Position numbers and translations under genes: made by a program. A DNA stretch of 64,000 bases from an uncultured Chloroflexia bacterium (lineage in GTDB: Bacteria; Chloroflexota; Limnocylindria; Limnocylindrales; CSP1-4). The notes under the pieces are model-generated. The model did no database searches, was not told the origin of the DNA, and worked only from the letters and a program-made list of their open reading frames with translations. Shown one piece after another: positions 9,720 to 20,368 of the stretch; the first letter of the stretch is position 1; each line of letters begins with the position of its first letter. The stretch spans positions 290,922-354,921 of the forward strand of contig CAVQQU010000005.1 in NCBI GenBank assembly GCA_963715085.1, read 5' to 3'.

Positions 9720-12401
9720 ATGTACAGCGACGACTTCAAGCAGCAGCTTCCGGACATCGATCCGTCGGAGACCCAGGACTGGATCGACTCGTTCGACCAG
9801 CTCCTCGACCAGGAGGGCGCCGAGCGCGCCAGGTTCGTGGCCTACAAGCTGCTCAAGCGGGCCCGGCAGCGGGACGTGGGCCTCCCGCCCCTCACCCAGA
9901 CCCGGTACATCAACACGATCAGCCCCGAGCAGGAGCCCGCGTTCCCGGGTGACGAGGCGATCGAGCGCCGGATCCGTCGCCTGGTCCGCTGGAACGCGGC
10001 CGCCATGGTGCTGCGCGCCAACAACGCCTACCCGGGGATCGGCGGTCACCTCTCCACCTACGCCAGCTCCGCGAGCCTCTACGAGGTGGGCTTCAACCAC
10101 TTCTTCCGGGGCAAGGACGACGATGCCGGCGACCAGGTCTTCTATCAGGGTCACGCCGCGCCGGGGATGTACGCGCGGGCCTTCCTCGAAGGGCGTCTCA
10201 GCGAGGGCCAGCTCGACAGCTTCCGCCGAGAGGTCGTGCCAGGGCGCGGCCTCAGCTCGTACCCCCACCCTCGCCTCATGCCCGACTTCTGGGAGTTCCC
10301 CACGGTCAGCATGGGCCTCGGGCCCATCTCGGCCATCTACCAGGCCCGCTTCAACCGCTACCTGGGTCACCGGGGGATCAAGGACACCTCGGCGTCGCGC
10401 GTCTGGGCCTTCCTGGGCGACGGCGAGATGGACGAGCCGGAATCCCTCAGCGCCCTCGGCATGGCCGGACGCGAGCGGCTCGACAACCTCACCTTCGTCG
10501 TCAACTGCAACCTGCAGCGTCTCGACGGCCCGGTGCGCGGGAACGGCAAGGTCATCCAGGAGCTGGAGGGGATCTTCCGGGGCGCCGGGTGGAACGTGAT
10601 CAAGGTGATCTGGGGTCGCGAGTGGGACGAGCTCCTGGCCCGCGACACCGATGGCGCCCTCGTCACGAAGATGAACGAGACCGTTGACGGGGAGTTCCAG
10701 AAGTACTCGGTTGCCGGCGGCGCCTACATCCGGGAGCACTTCTTCGGGCCGGATCCACGGCTGGGCGCGCTCGTGGAGCACCTCTCCGACGACGACCTGA
10801 CGCGTCTCCGCCGGGGCGGCCACGACTACCGCAAGCTCTACGCTGCCTATCGGGCCGCGACCGAGTTCCGCGGCGCCCCCACCGTCATCCTGGCCAAGAC
10901 GATCAAGGGTTGGACCCTGGGCCCCGGCGTCGAGGGCCGCAACGTCACCCACCAGGCGAAGAAGCTCTCCGAGGCCGAGATGCTGGTCTTCCGGGACCGC
11001 CTCGAGCTGCCGATCCCCAATTCGAAGGTCAAGGACGCCCCGTACTTCCACCCGGGCCCGGACTCGGAGGAGGTCCGGTACCTCCTCGAGCGGAGGCGCG
11101 CGCTCGGCGGCTCCCTCCCGAAGCGGATCGTGCGGCCGCACCCCCTGCCCGCGCCCGCGCCGGAGGCCGACGCCGAGTTCTCCGCCGGCTCGGCCACCGC
11201 CGTCAGCACCACGATGGTCTTCGCCAAGCTCCTCCGGAACCTGATGCGGGATCCGGGCTTCGGCCGTCGCGTCGTGCCGATCATCCCCGACGAGGCCCGG
11301 ACCTTTGGCATGGACCCCCTCTTCCGGGAGGTCGGGATCTACGCCAGCCAGGGCCAGCGGTACGAGCCGGTCGACTCCGATCTGGTCCTGTCCTACCGGG
11401 AGGCGCAGGACGGCCAGGTTCTCGAGGAGGGAATCAACGAGGCCGGCTCGATGGCCTCGTTCCAGGCCGCCGGCACCTCGTATGCCACTCACGCCGAGCC
11501 GATGATCCCCTTCTACATCTTCTACTCGATGTTCGGCTTCCAGCGGACCGGCGACCAGGCCTGGGCCTTCGCCGACGCCCGCGGCCGCGGTTTCATGATG
11601 GGCGCCACCGCGGGGCGCACGACGCTCAACGGCGAAGGGCTCCAGCACGAGGACGGCCACAGTCACCTCCTGGCGTCCACCGTGCCGGCCATCCGGGCCT
11701 ACGATCCTGCCTTCGCGTACGAGCTCGCGGTGATCGTCCGCGACGGGATCGAGCGGATGTACGGGCGCGGCGAGGATCACCTCTACTACGTCACGCTCTA
11801 CAACGAGAATCACCCGATGCCCCCCAAGCCCGACGGCTCGGACGAGGGGATCATCCGCGGTCTCTACCGGTTGCTGGCGGCGCCGGAGATCGAGGGCGGG
11901 CCGAAGGGGCGGGTGCGTCTCGTGGGCTCGGGCGCGATCCTCCAGCAGGCGCTCGCGGCACGGGGCGTGCTCGCCGAGCGCTTCGGCGTGGCCGCCGAGG
12001 TGTACAGCGCGACCTCGTGGCAGCTCCTCCGACGCGACGCCCTCGAGGTGGAGCGCTGGAACCGCCTCCACCCCACCGACGGGCCGCGGGTGCCCTTCGT
12101 CACCCAGGTGCTCGGGAGCGACGGCGGACCCGTCGTCCTGGTCTCGGACTGGGTCAAGGCGCTTCCCGACTTGCTGGGACGCTGGCTGCCGGCGGGCTAC
12201 GTGTCACTCGGCACGGAGGGCTTCGGCCGCAGCGACACGCGCGAGGCGCTGCGCGGCCTGTTCGAGATCGATGCCCCGAACGTGGCCGTGGCCGCCCTGG
12301 CCGCTCTCCAGCGCGCGGGCACGGTCCCGGCGAGCCTGGTCGCCGAGGCGATCGCGGGCTTCGGGATCGATCCGGACAAGGTCGACCCGCTCGACCTGTA
12401 G
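9720..12401 (+). CDS. aceE: Pyruvate dehydrogenase E1 component, homodimeric type
   Basis: 893 aa and intact. N-terminus MYSDDFKQQLPDIDPSETQDWIDSF, TPP-binding GDGEMDEPES, and overall AceE-like sequence throughout. Confidence 0.95.
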   Translation: MYSDDFKQQLPDIDPSETQDWIDSFDQLLDQEGAERARFVAYKLLKRARQRDVGLPPLTQTRYINTISPEQEPAFPGDEAIERRIRRLVRWNAAAMVLRANNAYPGIGGHLSTYASSASLYEVGFNHFFRGKDDDAGDQVFYQGHAAPGMYARAFLEGRLSEGQLDSFRREVVPGRGLSSYPHPRLMPDFWEFPTVSMGLGPISAIYQARFNRYLGHRGIKDTSASRVWAFLGDGEMDEPESLSALGMAGRERLDNLTFVVNCNLQRLDGPVRGNGKVIQELEGIFRGAGWNVIKVIWGREWDELLARDTDGALVTKMNETVDGEFQKYSVAGGAYIREHFFGPDPRLGALVEHLSDDDLTRLRRGGHDYRKLYAAYRAATEFRGAPTVILAKTIKGWTLGPGVEGRNVTHQAKKLSEAEMLVFRDRLELPIPNSKVKDAPYFHPGPDSEEVRYLLERRRALGGSLPKRIVRPHPLPAPAPEADAEFSAGSATAVSTTMVFAKLLRNLMRDPGFGRRVVPIIPDEARTFGMDPLFREVGIYASQGQRYEPVDSDLVLSYREAQDGQVLEEGINEAGSMASFQAAGTSYATHAEPMIPFYIFYSMFGFQRTGDQAWAFADARGRGFMMGATAGRTTLNGEGLQHEDGHSHLLASTVPAIRAYDPAFAYELAVIVRDGIERMYGRGEDHLYYVTLYNENHPMPPKPDGSDEGIIRGLYRLLAAPEIEGGPKGRVRLVGSGAILQQALAARGVLAERFGVAAEVYSATSWQLLRRDALEVERWNRLHPTDGPRVPFVTQVLGSDGGPVVLVSDWVKALPDLLGRWLPAGYVSLGTEGFGRSDTREALRGLFEIDAPNVAVAALAALQRAGTVPASLVAEAIAGFGIDPDKVDPLDL

Positions 12402-12402
12402 C

Positions 12403-12432
12403 GGGGTCCGGGAACCGGGGTCCGGGAACCGG
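12403..12432. repeat. Perfect tandem duplication GGGGTCCGGGAACC x2 directly after the aceE stop
   Basis: Copies at 12403-12416 and 12417-12430 are identical, and the next 2 nt restart the unit. Confidence 0.8.
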
Positions 12433-12559
12433 ACTGCCGTCCCTCGCGTCACGGGCCTTGACTCGGCCGAGCCGGCCGATCGCCAGGTGTCGGTGTCGCG
12501 GTCGCCGGGCTCGTGCCCGCAGGCCGCCGCCAGACGCATCGAGCAGGGGAGTCTCAGCC

Positions 12560-13324
12560 ATGTCCACCCCGCGCACCATCACCCCGCCCGCCTCGCGCCC
12601 CGCGTGGGTCGCGATCGGCATCGTCGGCGGCCTGATGCTGGCCGTCGCCCTCGGTCCCGCGCTCTCGCCACGGGCGGCCCGCGGCCAGGACGCCACCGAG
12701 CCCGACCGAACGATCAGCGTCTCCGGCACCGGGATCGTGACCACCGCTCCGGACGTGGCGGACCTCCACGTGGGCGTCGTCATTCAGCGGGCCACGGTCA
12801 AGGAAGCCCGGGCCGCGGCCGCGACCGCGATGGAGGGCGTGGTCAAGGCGCTCCGCGACGCAGGCGTCGCCGAGAAGGACATCCGCACCACCACCCTCTC
12901 GCTGCAGCCCGTCTACGACTACAACACGAACGGCAAAGCACCGAAGATCACCGGCTACGAGATGCGCAACGGCGTCGTCGCGACGGTCCGCGATCTGGAG
13001 AAGCTCGCCGATGCGGTGGACGGCGCCCTCGTCTCGGGCGGGTCGACCCTCGACGGGGTCACGTTCCGGGTGGACGACCCCAGTGGCGCCGAGGGCCAGG
13101 CTCGAGCCGAGGCGATGAAGCAGGCCCGGGCGAAGGCCGACGCTCTCGCGAGCGCCGCCGGCGTCTCGATCATCGGCGTCGCCTCGATCAGCGAGCAGTC
13201 CGCGCCGACGCCGTGGCCCGTCCCGTATGCGGGGGCCCTGCGCGCCGACGAAGCGTCCACGCCGATCCTGCCCGGCACCTCGGAGATCTCCGTTTCGGTC
13301 AGCGTCGTCTACCTGATCGGGTAG
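12560..13324 (+). CDS. SIMPL domain (DUF541) secreted protein
   Basis: Signal/TM segment WVAIGIVGGLMLAVALGP, then ISVSGTGIVTTAPDVADLHVGVV...DIRTTTLSLQPVY...SEISVSVSVVYLIG. ATG 12560 is preceded by GGGGA. Confidence 0.8.
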   Translation: MSTPRTITPPASRPAWVAIGIVGGLMLAVALGPALSPRAARGQDATEPDRTISVSGTGIVTTAPDVADLHVGVVIQRATVKEARAAAATAMEGVVKALRDAGVAEKDIRTTTLSLQPVYDYNTNGKAPKITGYEMRNGVVATVRDLEKLADAVDGALVSGGSTLDGVTFRVDDPSGAEGQARAEAMKQARAKADALASAAGVSIIGVASISEQSAPTPWPVPYAGALRADEASTPILPGTSEISVSVSVVYLIG

Positions 13325-13365
13325 CGACCCCGCCTGGCCTGCCGGCGGGACCGGCGGGCCAGACG

Positions 13366-14646
13366 TCAGATCGCCGCGACGACCCGCAAGAGGCGGCCGC
13401 CGGCGAGGTCGACGACGTAGAGCTCGCCGGCCTCGTCCTCCCCGAACGAGGCGACCGAGAGCCCGGAGTCGAGGAGCACCCTCGGCGACGGGCTCTCGGC
13501 AGCGGCTTCGAGGCCCCAGATCGTCCCGGCGCAGTAGTCGGCGTAGAGATACGTACCCGCGAGCCCGGGGACGCCTGCTCCCCGGTAGACGTAGCCGCCG
13601 GTGATCGAGCAACCCCGGTCGTGGCCGTACTCGGCGACCGGCAGGACCAGCCCCGCGCGGTCACACCCTTCCGCGGGATTGAAGCAGGCGCTCGCCTCCA
13701 TCGTGTTCCAGCCGAAGTTCGGCCCGCCCGGCGAGCCGGCCGGCCAGCGGTCCACCTCTTCGATCGCACCCTGTCCGACGTCGCCGATCCAGAGGTCGCC
13801 GCTTGCCCGGTCGAACGAGAAGCGCCACGGGTTGCGCAGGCCGTAGGCCCAGATCTCCGCCCGCGCGCCGGCCCGTCCCCCGGCCCGCCCCACGAACGGG
13901 TTGTCCGCCGGGATCCCGTAGGGCGCGCCGCCGGCCGGGCGCGGGTCGATCCGCAGCAGCTTGCCCAGGAGCGTGCGGAGGCTCTGGCCGTTGCCCAGCG
14001 GGTCGCCGCCAGAGCCGCCATCCCCGGTCGCGATCCAGAGGAGCCCGTCGGGTCCGGTGGCCAGGGCACCGCCGTTGTGGTTCGCGAACGGCTGGTCGAT
14101 CCGGAGGAGAACCCGCTCGGAACCGGGGTCCGCGCGGTCGGCCGCCGGGTCCGGGGCGCGGAACTCGCTGACCACGGTGTTGCCGTCGCGGTCCGTGTAG
14201 TCGACGAAGAAGCGGCCGTCGGTCGCGAACGACGGGGCGAACGCGATCCCGAGAAGGCCGCGCTCGCCGCCGGCGGAGATGCGGGCGGCGATGTCGAGGA
14301 AGGGCGCCCGCACGAGGCGCCCGTCCCGGATCACGCGGACGCGACCCGCCTGCTCGAGCACGAACAGGCGTCCGCTGCCATCGTTGGCGCTGCCCGCGAA
14401 GAGGGGGCTCTCGAGGCCCTCTGCGACGAGCTCCAGGTCGATTGCGCCGGGCGTGGTGGGGGATGGGATGGGGGGTGATGTCGTCGCCGCTGTTGGGGCG
14501 GCCGGCGCGGTGGAGGTGGGCGACGGCGTCCAGGCCGGCGGGCTCACGATCGGCGGGGTCGGACGGTCCGGCGAGGGCGCGCTGCCACACCCGGCGAGCA
14601 GCATCACGACGAGGGCGCCCGCACCTGCCGCCCGCCGACGCACCAT
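13366..14646 (-). CDS. PQQ-dependent sugar (glucose/sorbosone) dehydrogenase family lipoprotein
   Basis: Lipobox LLAGC after MVRRRAAGAGALVVM. Beta-propeller motifs GLLGIAF, HNGGAL, GDGGSGGDP, YGLRNPWRFSFD and GWNTMEA. Intact. Confidence 0.75.
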   Translation of the reverse strand: MVRRRAAGAGALVVMLLAGCGSAPSPDRPTPPIVSPPAWTPSPTSTAPAAPTAATTSPPIPSPTTPGAIDLELVAEGLESPLFAGSANDGSGRLFVLEQAGRVRVIRDGRLVRAPFLDIAARISAGGERGLLGIAFAPSFATDGRFFVDYTDRDGNTVVSEFRAPDPAADRADPGSERVLLRIDQPFANHNGGALATGPDGLLWIATGDGGSGGDPLGNGQSLRTLLGKLLRIDPRPAGGAPYGIPADNPFVGRAGGRAGARAEIWAYGLRNPWRFSFDRASGDLWIGDVGQGAIEEVDRWPAGSPGGPNFGWNTMEASACFNPAEGCDRAGLVLPVAEYGHDRGCSITGGYVYRGAGVPGLAGTYLYADYCAGTIWGLEAAAESPSPRVLLDSGLSVASFGEDEAGELYVVDLAGGRLLRVVAAI

Positions 14647-14704
14647 CACAGGGCGACCAGCCGCCTGGTCGTGTCGTCTCGCCTCGTCATGCCGCTCCGC
14701 TCCG

Positions 14705-15458
14705 TCACTCAGCTCCTCCGCGTCCAGTGGCCTCCGTCGGCAGATACCGCGCCAGCCGCGCCGCGAGCGCCATCGCGTACCCCGGCGTCGCGCCGTGCTC
14801 ATCGTGACGGAAGAAGACGTATGCGTCCCGCCCGTCTGCGAGGAAGGGTTCCAGTCGCGCCGCCCACGCGTCGAGGTCGGCGGTCCCGTACATGGTGCGC
14901 CGGAGGCGCAGGTAGAGCAGGGGACCGGTCATCGTCAATGGTGGATCGGGCGCCTCGTCAGTGTCGGTCACGACGAGGACTGCACCAGAGGCCCGCACCC
15001 GATCGTGGGTCTCGTCGACCTGCCACGAGGGGTCCTGCGCCTCGATGGCAAGGGGGACGCCTGCGGGCCAGGCCGCCAGCAGGCGGTCGAGGCGCGCGTC
15101 GTCGCGGACCTGGCCGGCCGGGATCCGGAAGAGGGCAGCACCCAGCCGATCGCCGAAGGCGGCCAGCGGCGCCGTCAGCCACGGCAGCGTCTCCGGCGGG
15201 ATCGCTGGCGTAGGCGCGCAGCGATCCTGTTCGCAGGAGCTTGACGGTGAAGCGGAACGACGAGGGCACGCGGCTCGCCCAGACCACTGCCTGCGCACCC
15301 GTGACCTGGCGGTAGTACGTGCCATTGAGCTCGACCGCCGCGAGGTGCGCCGCGTACGCCGGCAGGAGCGCCTCGCCGCGCGCGCCGGCGGGATAGAAGG
15401 CCGGAGCCCAGGCGGGATAGGCAAACCCGCTCGTCCCGGTTCGCAGCACGCCGGCCAC
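14705..15458 (-). CDS. DUF72 family protein, frame change ~15200
   Basis: N-terminal half RTGTSGFAYPAWAPAFYP...VELNGTYYR...FRFTVK is in ORF 14958..15677. The C-terminal half (...YLRLRRTMYG...AYVFFRHDEHG) is in ORF 14705..15424. Confidence 0.75.
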
Positions 15459-15463
15459 GCCGG

Positions 15464-15904
15464 TCAGGGTTCGAGCGCCTCGGCGATCGTGTCGCAGGCG
15501 GGCAGGATCGCCGTGTCGGTTGCGCGGCTGCTGCGCACGACGGCCTCGAGAGCGCGGACGAGCCCCTCCCGGTCCGTCGCAGCGATGGGGGAGAGAAAGT
15601 GCGCATCCACGCCGCGCAGGTGGACGGGGGCCGCGTCGCGCAGCCGGTCGAGGCCGGCCGCCGTCAGCTCGGCCCACGACCCGCGGGCATCCGTCGGGCA
15701 GGCCCGCCGCGCCACGAGCCCGCCGGCCTCCAGCCGATCGACGAGGCGCGACACGCCGCTCCGCGACAGGACGACACGCTCGGCGAGCTCGCTCATGCGG
15801 AGACGCCGATCATCGGCGACGGCGAGCTGGACGAGGGCGTCGTAGTCCGCCAGCGAGAGGCCGCGCTCGGCCTGGAGCTCGGCTTCGAGCCGCCGCGTGA
15901 CCAC
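15464..15904 (-). CDS. MarR family transcriptional regulator
   Basis: 146 aa with a winged-helix core LSLADYDALVQLAVADDRRLRMSELAERVVLSRSGVSRLVDRLEAGGLV. Divergent from yceI. Confidence 0.85.
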   Translation of the reverse strand: MVTRRLEAELQAERGLSLADYDALVQLAVADDRRLRMSELAERVVLSRSGVSRLVDRLEAGGLVARRACPTDARGSWAELTAAGLDRLRDAAPVHLRGVDAHFLSPIAATDREGLVRALEAVVRSSRATDTAILPACDTIAEALEP

Positions 15905-16069
15905 CGCGTGTGCCTGGAGGAACGCGACCCACGCCCGCAGGCGCGGGTCGTCGGGGCGGGGCGCATCGGGAACCCCGGGGGTGCTGCGGTAGCGGCGCGG
16001 CGGTCTCGCTCATGGTTCTCCTGGCCCGAAGCTGGCTCCGGCTGCCTGGATCATAGCGCCTCGGACAGG

Positions 16070-16116
16070 TAGTTGCACACGCAACCATGAGGGTGATATA
16101 GTTGCGCAGTCAACTA
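16070..16116. promoter_or_regulatory. Two 18-bp palindromic operator candidates, TAGTTGC-N4-GCAAC(C/T)A
   Basis: TAGTTGCACACGCAACCA at 16070-16087 and TAGTTGCGCAGTCAACTA at 16099-16116, in the marR/yceI divergent gap. The centres are 29 bp apart. Confidence 0.65.
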
Positions 16117-16174
16117 CATTCGGACCGGCCCAGACACGGCCGGACGATGGGACAGGAGCAGGAGCGGAAGCACG

Positions 16175-16739
16175 ATGAGCACCTGGCAGCTCGACCCGGC
16201 ACACACGGTCGTGAGCTTCACCGGCAGGCACATGATGATCACGAAGGTGCGGGGCATCTTCAAGGGCGTCACCGGCACGATCGACTTCGACGAGGCCAAT
16301 GCCGCGAGCTCCCGCGTCGAAGTCGCGATCCCGGCCGCTTCGATCGAGACCGGCATGGAGCGCCCGCGACAACCATCTTCGCTCGGCCGACTTCCTCGAC
16401 GCCGAGACGCACCCGACCATCACGTTCGCCAGCACCGCGATCGCGCCGAGGGGCGATCGCTGGGCGATCACGGGTGACCTGACCATCCGCGGCGTCACCC
16501 GTTCGGTCACCCTGCACGGCGAAGCGCTCGGCATCGTCACCGGGATGGACGGCCGCCGGCACGCCGGCTTCGCGGCGACGACGAAGATCAAGCGCTCGGA
16601 CTGGGGCCTCACGTGGAACGTCGGCCTCGAGAGCGGTGGCTGGCTGGTCTCCGACGAGATCGCGATCGATCTCGAGGTCGCGGCCGACGAGCTCGCCCAG
16701 ACGGCGGTCGTCGAGCGGGTCACCGACCGGGCAGCCTGA
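16175..16739 (+). CDS. YceI family (polyisoprenoid-binding) protein, frame change ~16360
   Basis: MSTWQLDPAHTVVSFTGRHMMITKVRGIFKGVTGTIDFD lies in ORF 16175..16477. DNHLRSADFLDAETHPTITF...GDLTIRGVT continues in ORF 16299..16739. Confidence 0.85.
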
Positions 16740-16834
16740 TCCAGCGCTCAGCGGCCGGCGACGCCCAGCCTTCGCGGCGAGCGCGCCGGCCGTTTCGATT
16801 CCCCTGGCCAGCTCACCGGCGCGGCCGCGGCCCG

Positions 16835-17954
16835 CTACGGCGCCGCGAAGGTCGGATCGATGCACTCGGCGACGGTGACCGGACGCGCCACCGGCGAGTC
16901 GGGCAGGCCGCTCATGAACTCGATCGAATGCTTCCACGCCGCCGGATCGACCGCGCCGATCCCGTTGGCGACGGTGAAGTCGTTCTGCCAGGTGTCGATC
17001 GTGGCTTCCAGGACCGCGAGCTGGGCAGGCCCGGTCGTTGGCCAGCTCGGGCACGCGGACAATGGCGGCCTCGAGCCCGACTTCGGGATCGGCGACGATC
17101 TCCTCCGTCGCCTTCCGGGTCGCCGCGATGAAGCGCCGGATCGCGTCGGCCTTCGGGCCGTCGAGCGCCGCCTCGGCCGACGATGAGGCCGTTGCCGGGC
17201 AGCTGGTCCGACGGCGGCAACGCCAGCACGACGGTGGGCGTCCCGGCCAGCTCCATCCGCACGGGTTCGTTGTTGACGAACCCCGTCGCGGCATCGACGA
17301 CGCCCTGCTCGAGCGCGGCCAGCTGGCCGTAGTCAGGGAAGGGCACGATCTCGACGTCCTCCGGGGTCAGGCCCACGCCCGCGAGGAGCGCCTGGAGCTG
17401 GATCCACGATGACCCGTACTTGCCCGGGACCCCGACCTTCTTCCCGGCGAGGTCGGCCGGCCCGACGATCCCGGAGGACGCCTTGGCGAAGACGATGCTC
17501 GGGAAGTCGGCGTAGACGGTGAAGATGTACTGGACGGGGATGCCCTGGCTCACGGCCGGGATGACGCTCGTCCCGTCGGCGATTCCCATGTCGAACACGC
17601 CCTGGGCGACGAGCGTGATGAGCTCCGGGTCGATCTTGTTCTCGAACGTGACCTCCAGGCCCGCGTCGCGGTAGTAGCCGGCCTGGTCGGCGAGGTAGAA
17701 CTGGGCGAACTGGACGCTGGGGATGTAGCCCAGCCCGACGGTGAGCTCCGTGGGGGTGACCGGGGTGGGGGAGGGTGTCACGGAGCGCGCCCGAGGTTGC
17801 CGGGGCGGTGGTCGTCCGGCGCCGACGGCGTCGGGGTCGCCGCGCCGCTGCAGGCGGCGACGAGGACGGCGAGCACGGCGAGCGCCGCGGCGAGGCGGCC
17901 CGGATGCGGGCGGCTGCGACGGAGGCCGGGGCGGGTGGGGCTCGAGGTGGTCAC
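16835..17954 (-). CDS. ABC transporter substrate-binding lipoprotein, NMT1/THI5 (NitT/TauT) type, about 3 frame changes
   Basis: Lipobox LVAAC is in ORF 17778..18158 (GTG 17954). The core ELTVGLGYIPSVQFAQFYLADQAGYY... is in ORF 16912..18885. The middle and tail are in ORFs 16269..17294 and 16835..17062. Junctions are near 17790, 17190 and 17040. Confidence 0.75.
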
Positions 17955-18275
17955 GCGTCTCTCCCGTGTTCGCAGTGCGACCCAGGGGCGAGACGGCACG
18001 TGGAGGCACCCCGCTCGGGCGCCCGCCCGTCGCCTTCTTCCATCCGGACTCTGACCGTCGGCCCCGCTGGCGCGACCAGGGTGGTCGCGGTCGGGTCTGC
18101 GACGGCGCTGCATGACGGCCGTCGCTCGTGGGCTCGCCCCACTCGGGGGCGCTACCACCGGTCGGGAATTGCACCCTGCCCCGAAGGCGCACTGATCGTA
18201 GCACCGGCGTCACCGGACGCGTCGCTCGAAGCCGCGATGGCCGCGCTGGCCGCGGTGACCAGGATCCGCGTTGCC

Positions 18276-19031
18276 TCAGGTCCGGGCCGCGACGTGGCGC
18301 TCCACCAGCAGCACGGATCCGTACAGCACGATTCCCAGGAGAGCGATCACGGTGAGCGTCGCGAAGAGGAGGGGAATGTCGAACAGACTCCCCCGGGCCA
18401 GGTTGATGAGCACGCCAAGGCCCTGCTCGCCGCCCGTCCACTCGGCCACGATGGCGCCCACGACCGCGAGCGTGATCCCGATCCGCAGGCCGCCCACGAT
18501 CCCGGGCAGCGCGGCGGGGATCTCCACCAGGACGATCCGCTGCCGGCGGGTCACCCGGTAGCTCCGGGCCATCTCCAGGAGGCGGCGGTCGATGCCCCGG
18601 ATGGCGATCATCACGCTGATCGCCACCGGGAAGAAGACGACGAGGGCGATGATGATCGAGCGCGACAGAAGGCCGGTCCCGAACCAGAGGGCGATGAGGG
18701 GGGCCAGGGCCAGGATGGGGACGGCCTGCGCCGCCACGAGATACGGCGACATCACCCGGTCGGCGAGGCGCGACCGGGCGAGGATGTAGCCGGTCGGCAG
18801 CGCCGCCGCCGCTCCTGCGGTGAACCCGACGGCGATCTCGGAGATCGTCGTGACCAGGTGTGACCAGAAGATGCCGTCGAGCCACCCCGTCACGAAGCGC
18901 TCGGCGACGAGGAACGGACCGGGCAGGATGAAGGGCGGGTAGTCGCCGATCCAGACGATCAGCTGCCAGGTCGCAATGAACCCGACGAACGCGATCAGCG
19001 GGGGAACGATGCGCCCGCGCGCGTGTCTCAC
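18276..19031 (-). CDS. ABC transporter permease (NitT/TauT family)
   Basis: TM-rich with a BPD-transporter EAA-like region [36 protein letters not shown] 19031 overlaps the ATPase stop (GTGA). Intact. Confidence 0.85.
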   Translation of the reverse strand: MRHARGRIVPPLIAFVGFIATWQLIVWIGDYPPFILPGPFLVAERFVTGWLDGIFWSHLVTTISEIAVGFTAGAAAALPTGYILARSRLADRVMSPYLVAAQAVPILALAPLIALWFGTGLLSRSIIIALVVFFPVAISVMIAIRGIDRRLLEMARSYRVTRRQRIVLVEIPAALPGIVGGLRIGITLAVVGAIVAEWTGGEQGLGVLINLARGSLFDIPLLFATLTVIALLGIVLYGSVLLVERHVAART

Positions 19032-19972
19032 GCGATCACCAGGTCGGGCTCGTCGTGGCGCCCCACTTCGCCGGTCGCCACCGCGAAGGCGTCGTCCGTG
19101 GCGCCGCCGAGCCGGGCCCGAATCTCCGCCGCGGTCCGCGACAGGACGACGGCGTCCAGGTCGGCGAGACGGCGGGGCCGCGGCAGCTCGACGAGGATGT
19201 CGGCAGCCACCACGGCGGGCCGCGGCGAGAGCACGATCACGCGGTCGGCCAGGAAGACGGCTTCGGGAATGCTGTGGGTGACCAGCACGATCGTGCTGCC
19301 GATCCGCTCCCACAGGCGGAGCAGCTCCACGTTGAAGCGCTCGCGGGTCAGGGCGTCGAGGGCGCTGAACGGCTCGTCGAGCAGCAGGACCGAGGGCTCG
19401 AGGGCCAGGGCGCGCGCGATCGCGAGGCGCTGGCGCATGCCGCCGGACAGCTCGACCGGCCGGGCCCCCGCCCAGTCCCGGAGGCCGACGAGGCCCAGGA
19501 GCTCACGGGCCCGCGCTTCCCGCGGCGCGCGATCGAGGCCGGCAACCTCCAGCGGGAAGGCCACGTTCGCGACCGCAGATCGCCAGGGCAGGAGGCGCGG
19601 CTCCTGGAAGACCAGGCCGACACGGGCATCGGGCCCGCTCACCGGTCGACCCTCGACTTCGACAGCTGCCGCCCGCTGCGGGCAGCAGCCCGGCGATGAC
19701 CCGGAGAAGCGTGCTCTTGCCGCAGCCATTGGGGCCGACCAGGGCGATGACGGACCGGCACGCGACCTCGAGGTCGATCCCCCCGAGCACTGGGACGGTC
19801 TGCCCGTCGACCGGGAAGGCGAACCGCAGGCCGGCCAGGCGGATGGCGCACCCGTCGGGAGCATCGGGCGCCGCAGACGCTGCGGCGCTGCGGGCGGTGC
19901 GGGCGCGTCGGGCACGGTGGGCGTGGGCGGGGGCGCGTCGGACACGGGCTCCTCGACGTCGGGAACGGGCAC
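19028..19972 (-). CDS. ABC transporter ATP-binding protein (NitT/TauT family), frame change ~19680, N-terminus uncertain
   Basis: Walker [19 protein letters not shown] is in ORF 19503..20015. [26 protein letters not shown] and VTHS are in ORF 19028..19972. Confidence 0.8.
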   Translation of the reverse strand: MPVPDVEEPVSDAPPPTPTVPDAPAPPAAPQRLRRPMLPTGAPSAWPACGSPSRSTGRPSQCSGGSTSRSRAGPSSPWSAPMAAARARFSGSSPGCCPQRAAAVEVEGRPVSGPDARVGLVFQEPRLLPWRSAVANVAFPLEVAGLDRAPREARARELLGLVGLRDWAGARPVELSGGMRQRLAIARALALEPSVLLLDEPFSALDALTRERFNVELLRLWERIGSTIVLVTHSIPEAVFLADRVIVLSPRPAVVAADILVELPRPRRLADLDAVVLSRTAAEIRARLGGATDDAFAVATGEVGRHDEPDLVIA

Positions 19973-20368
19973 GCCGGGTGGCGCGCGGGCACGTCGCGTT
20001 CGAGTCTACATCCACGTGGGTTGGGTGCTCGCCGCGCCGCGCTCGGTGGCAGGCAGGTCAAGCCCCACGTCCGTGCTGGCCACGGACAGCCAGCCGGGGA
20101 CCGATCCGTGAAAGGATTCGGCTCTCACCACGCTGGGCCCGATGACGGATCCGGGCCGGGCAGCACCCTGAGGGTCGAACGGAGCGTGCTCGACCGGGAT
20201 TTGCTGCATGGAGCCGGGCGGCGACGGCCACCGACCGGGGACCGGCCATCCGGAGCCTGGGGTGCTTCCGCCGGACCGGCCGCGGCCACTCCTGGTCTCT
20301 GCGCCCTTCCGCGGACGCCGCGCCGGTCAGCAAAGCGCCCGAAAGGACCGCCGACCCGGTCACCTCGC

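Noticed and set aside
19973-20200. A TPP (THI-box) riboswitch in the leader of the NMT1/THI5-type ABC operon
   Set aside because: The minus-strand RNA has GGUGAGAG and a nearby hairpin. It lacks the CUGAGA...ACCUGAUCUGGAUAAUGCCAGCG...AGGGA core in the right order and spacing. The same holds for 17955-18275, which has GGGGUGCC only. The match is not good enough to call without Infernal.
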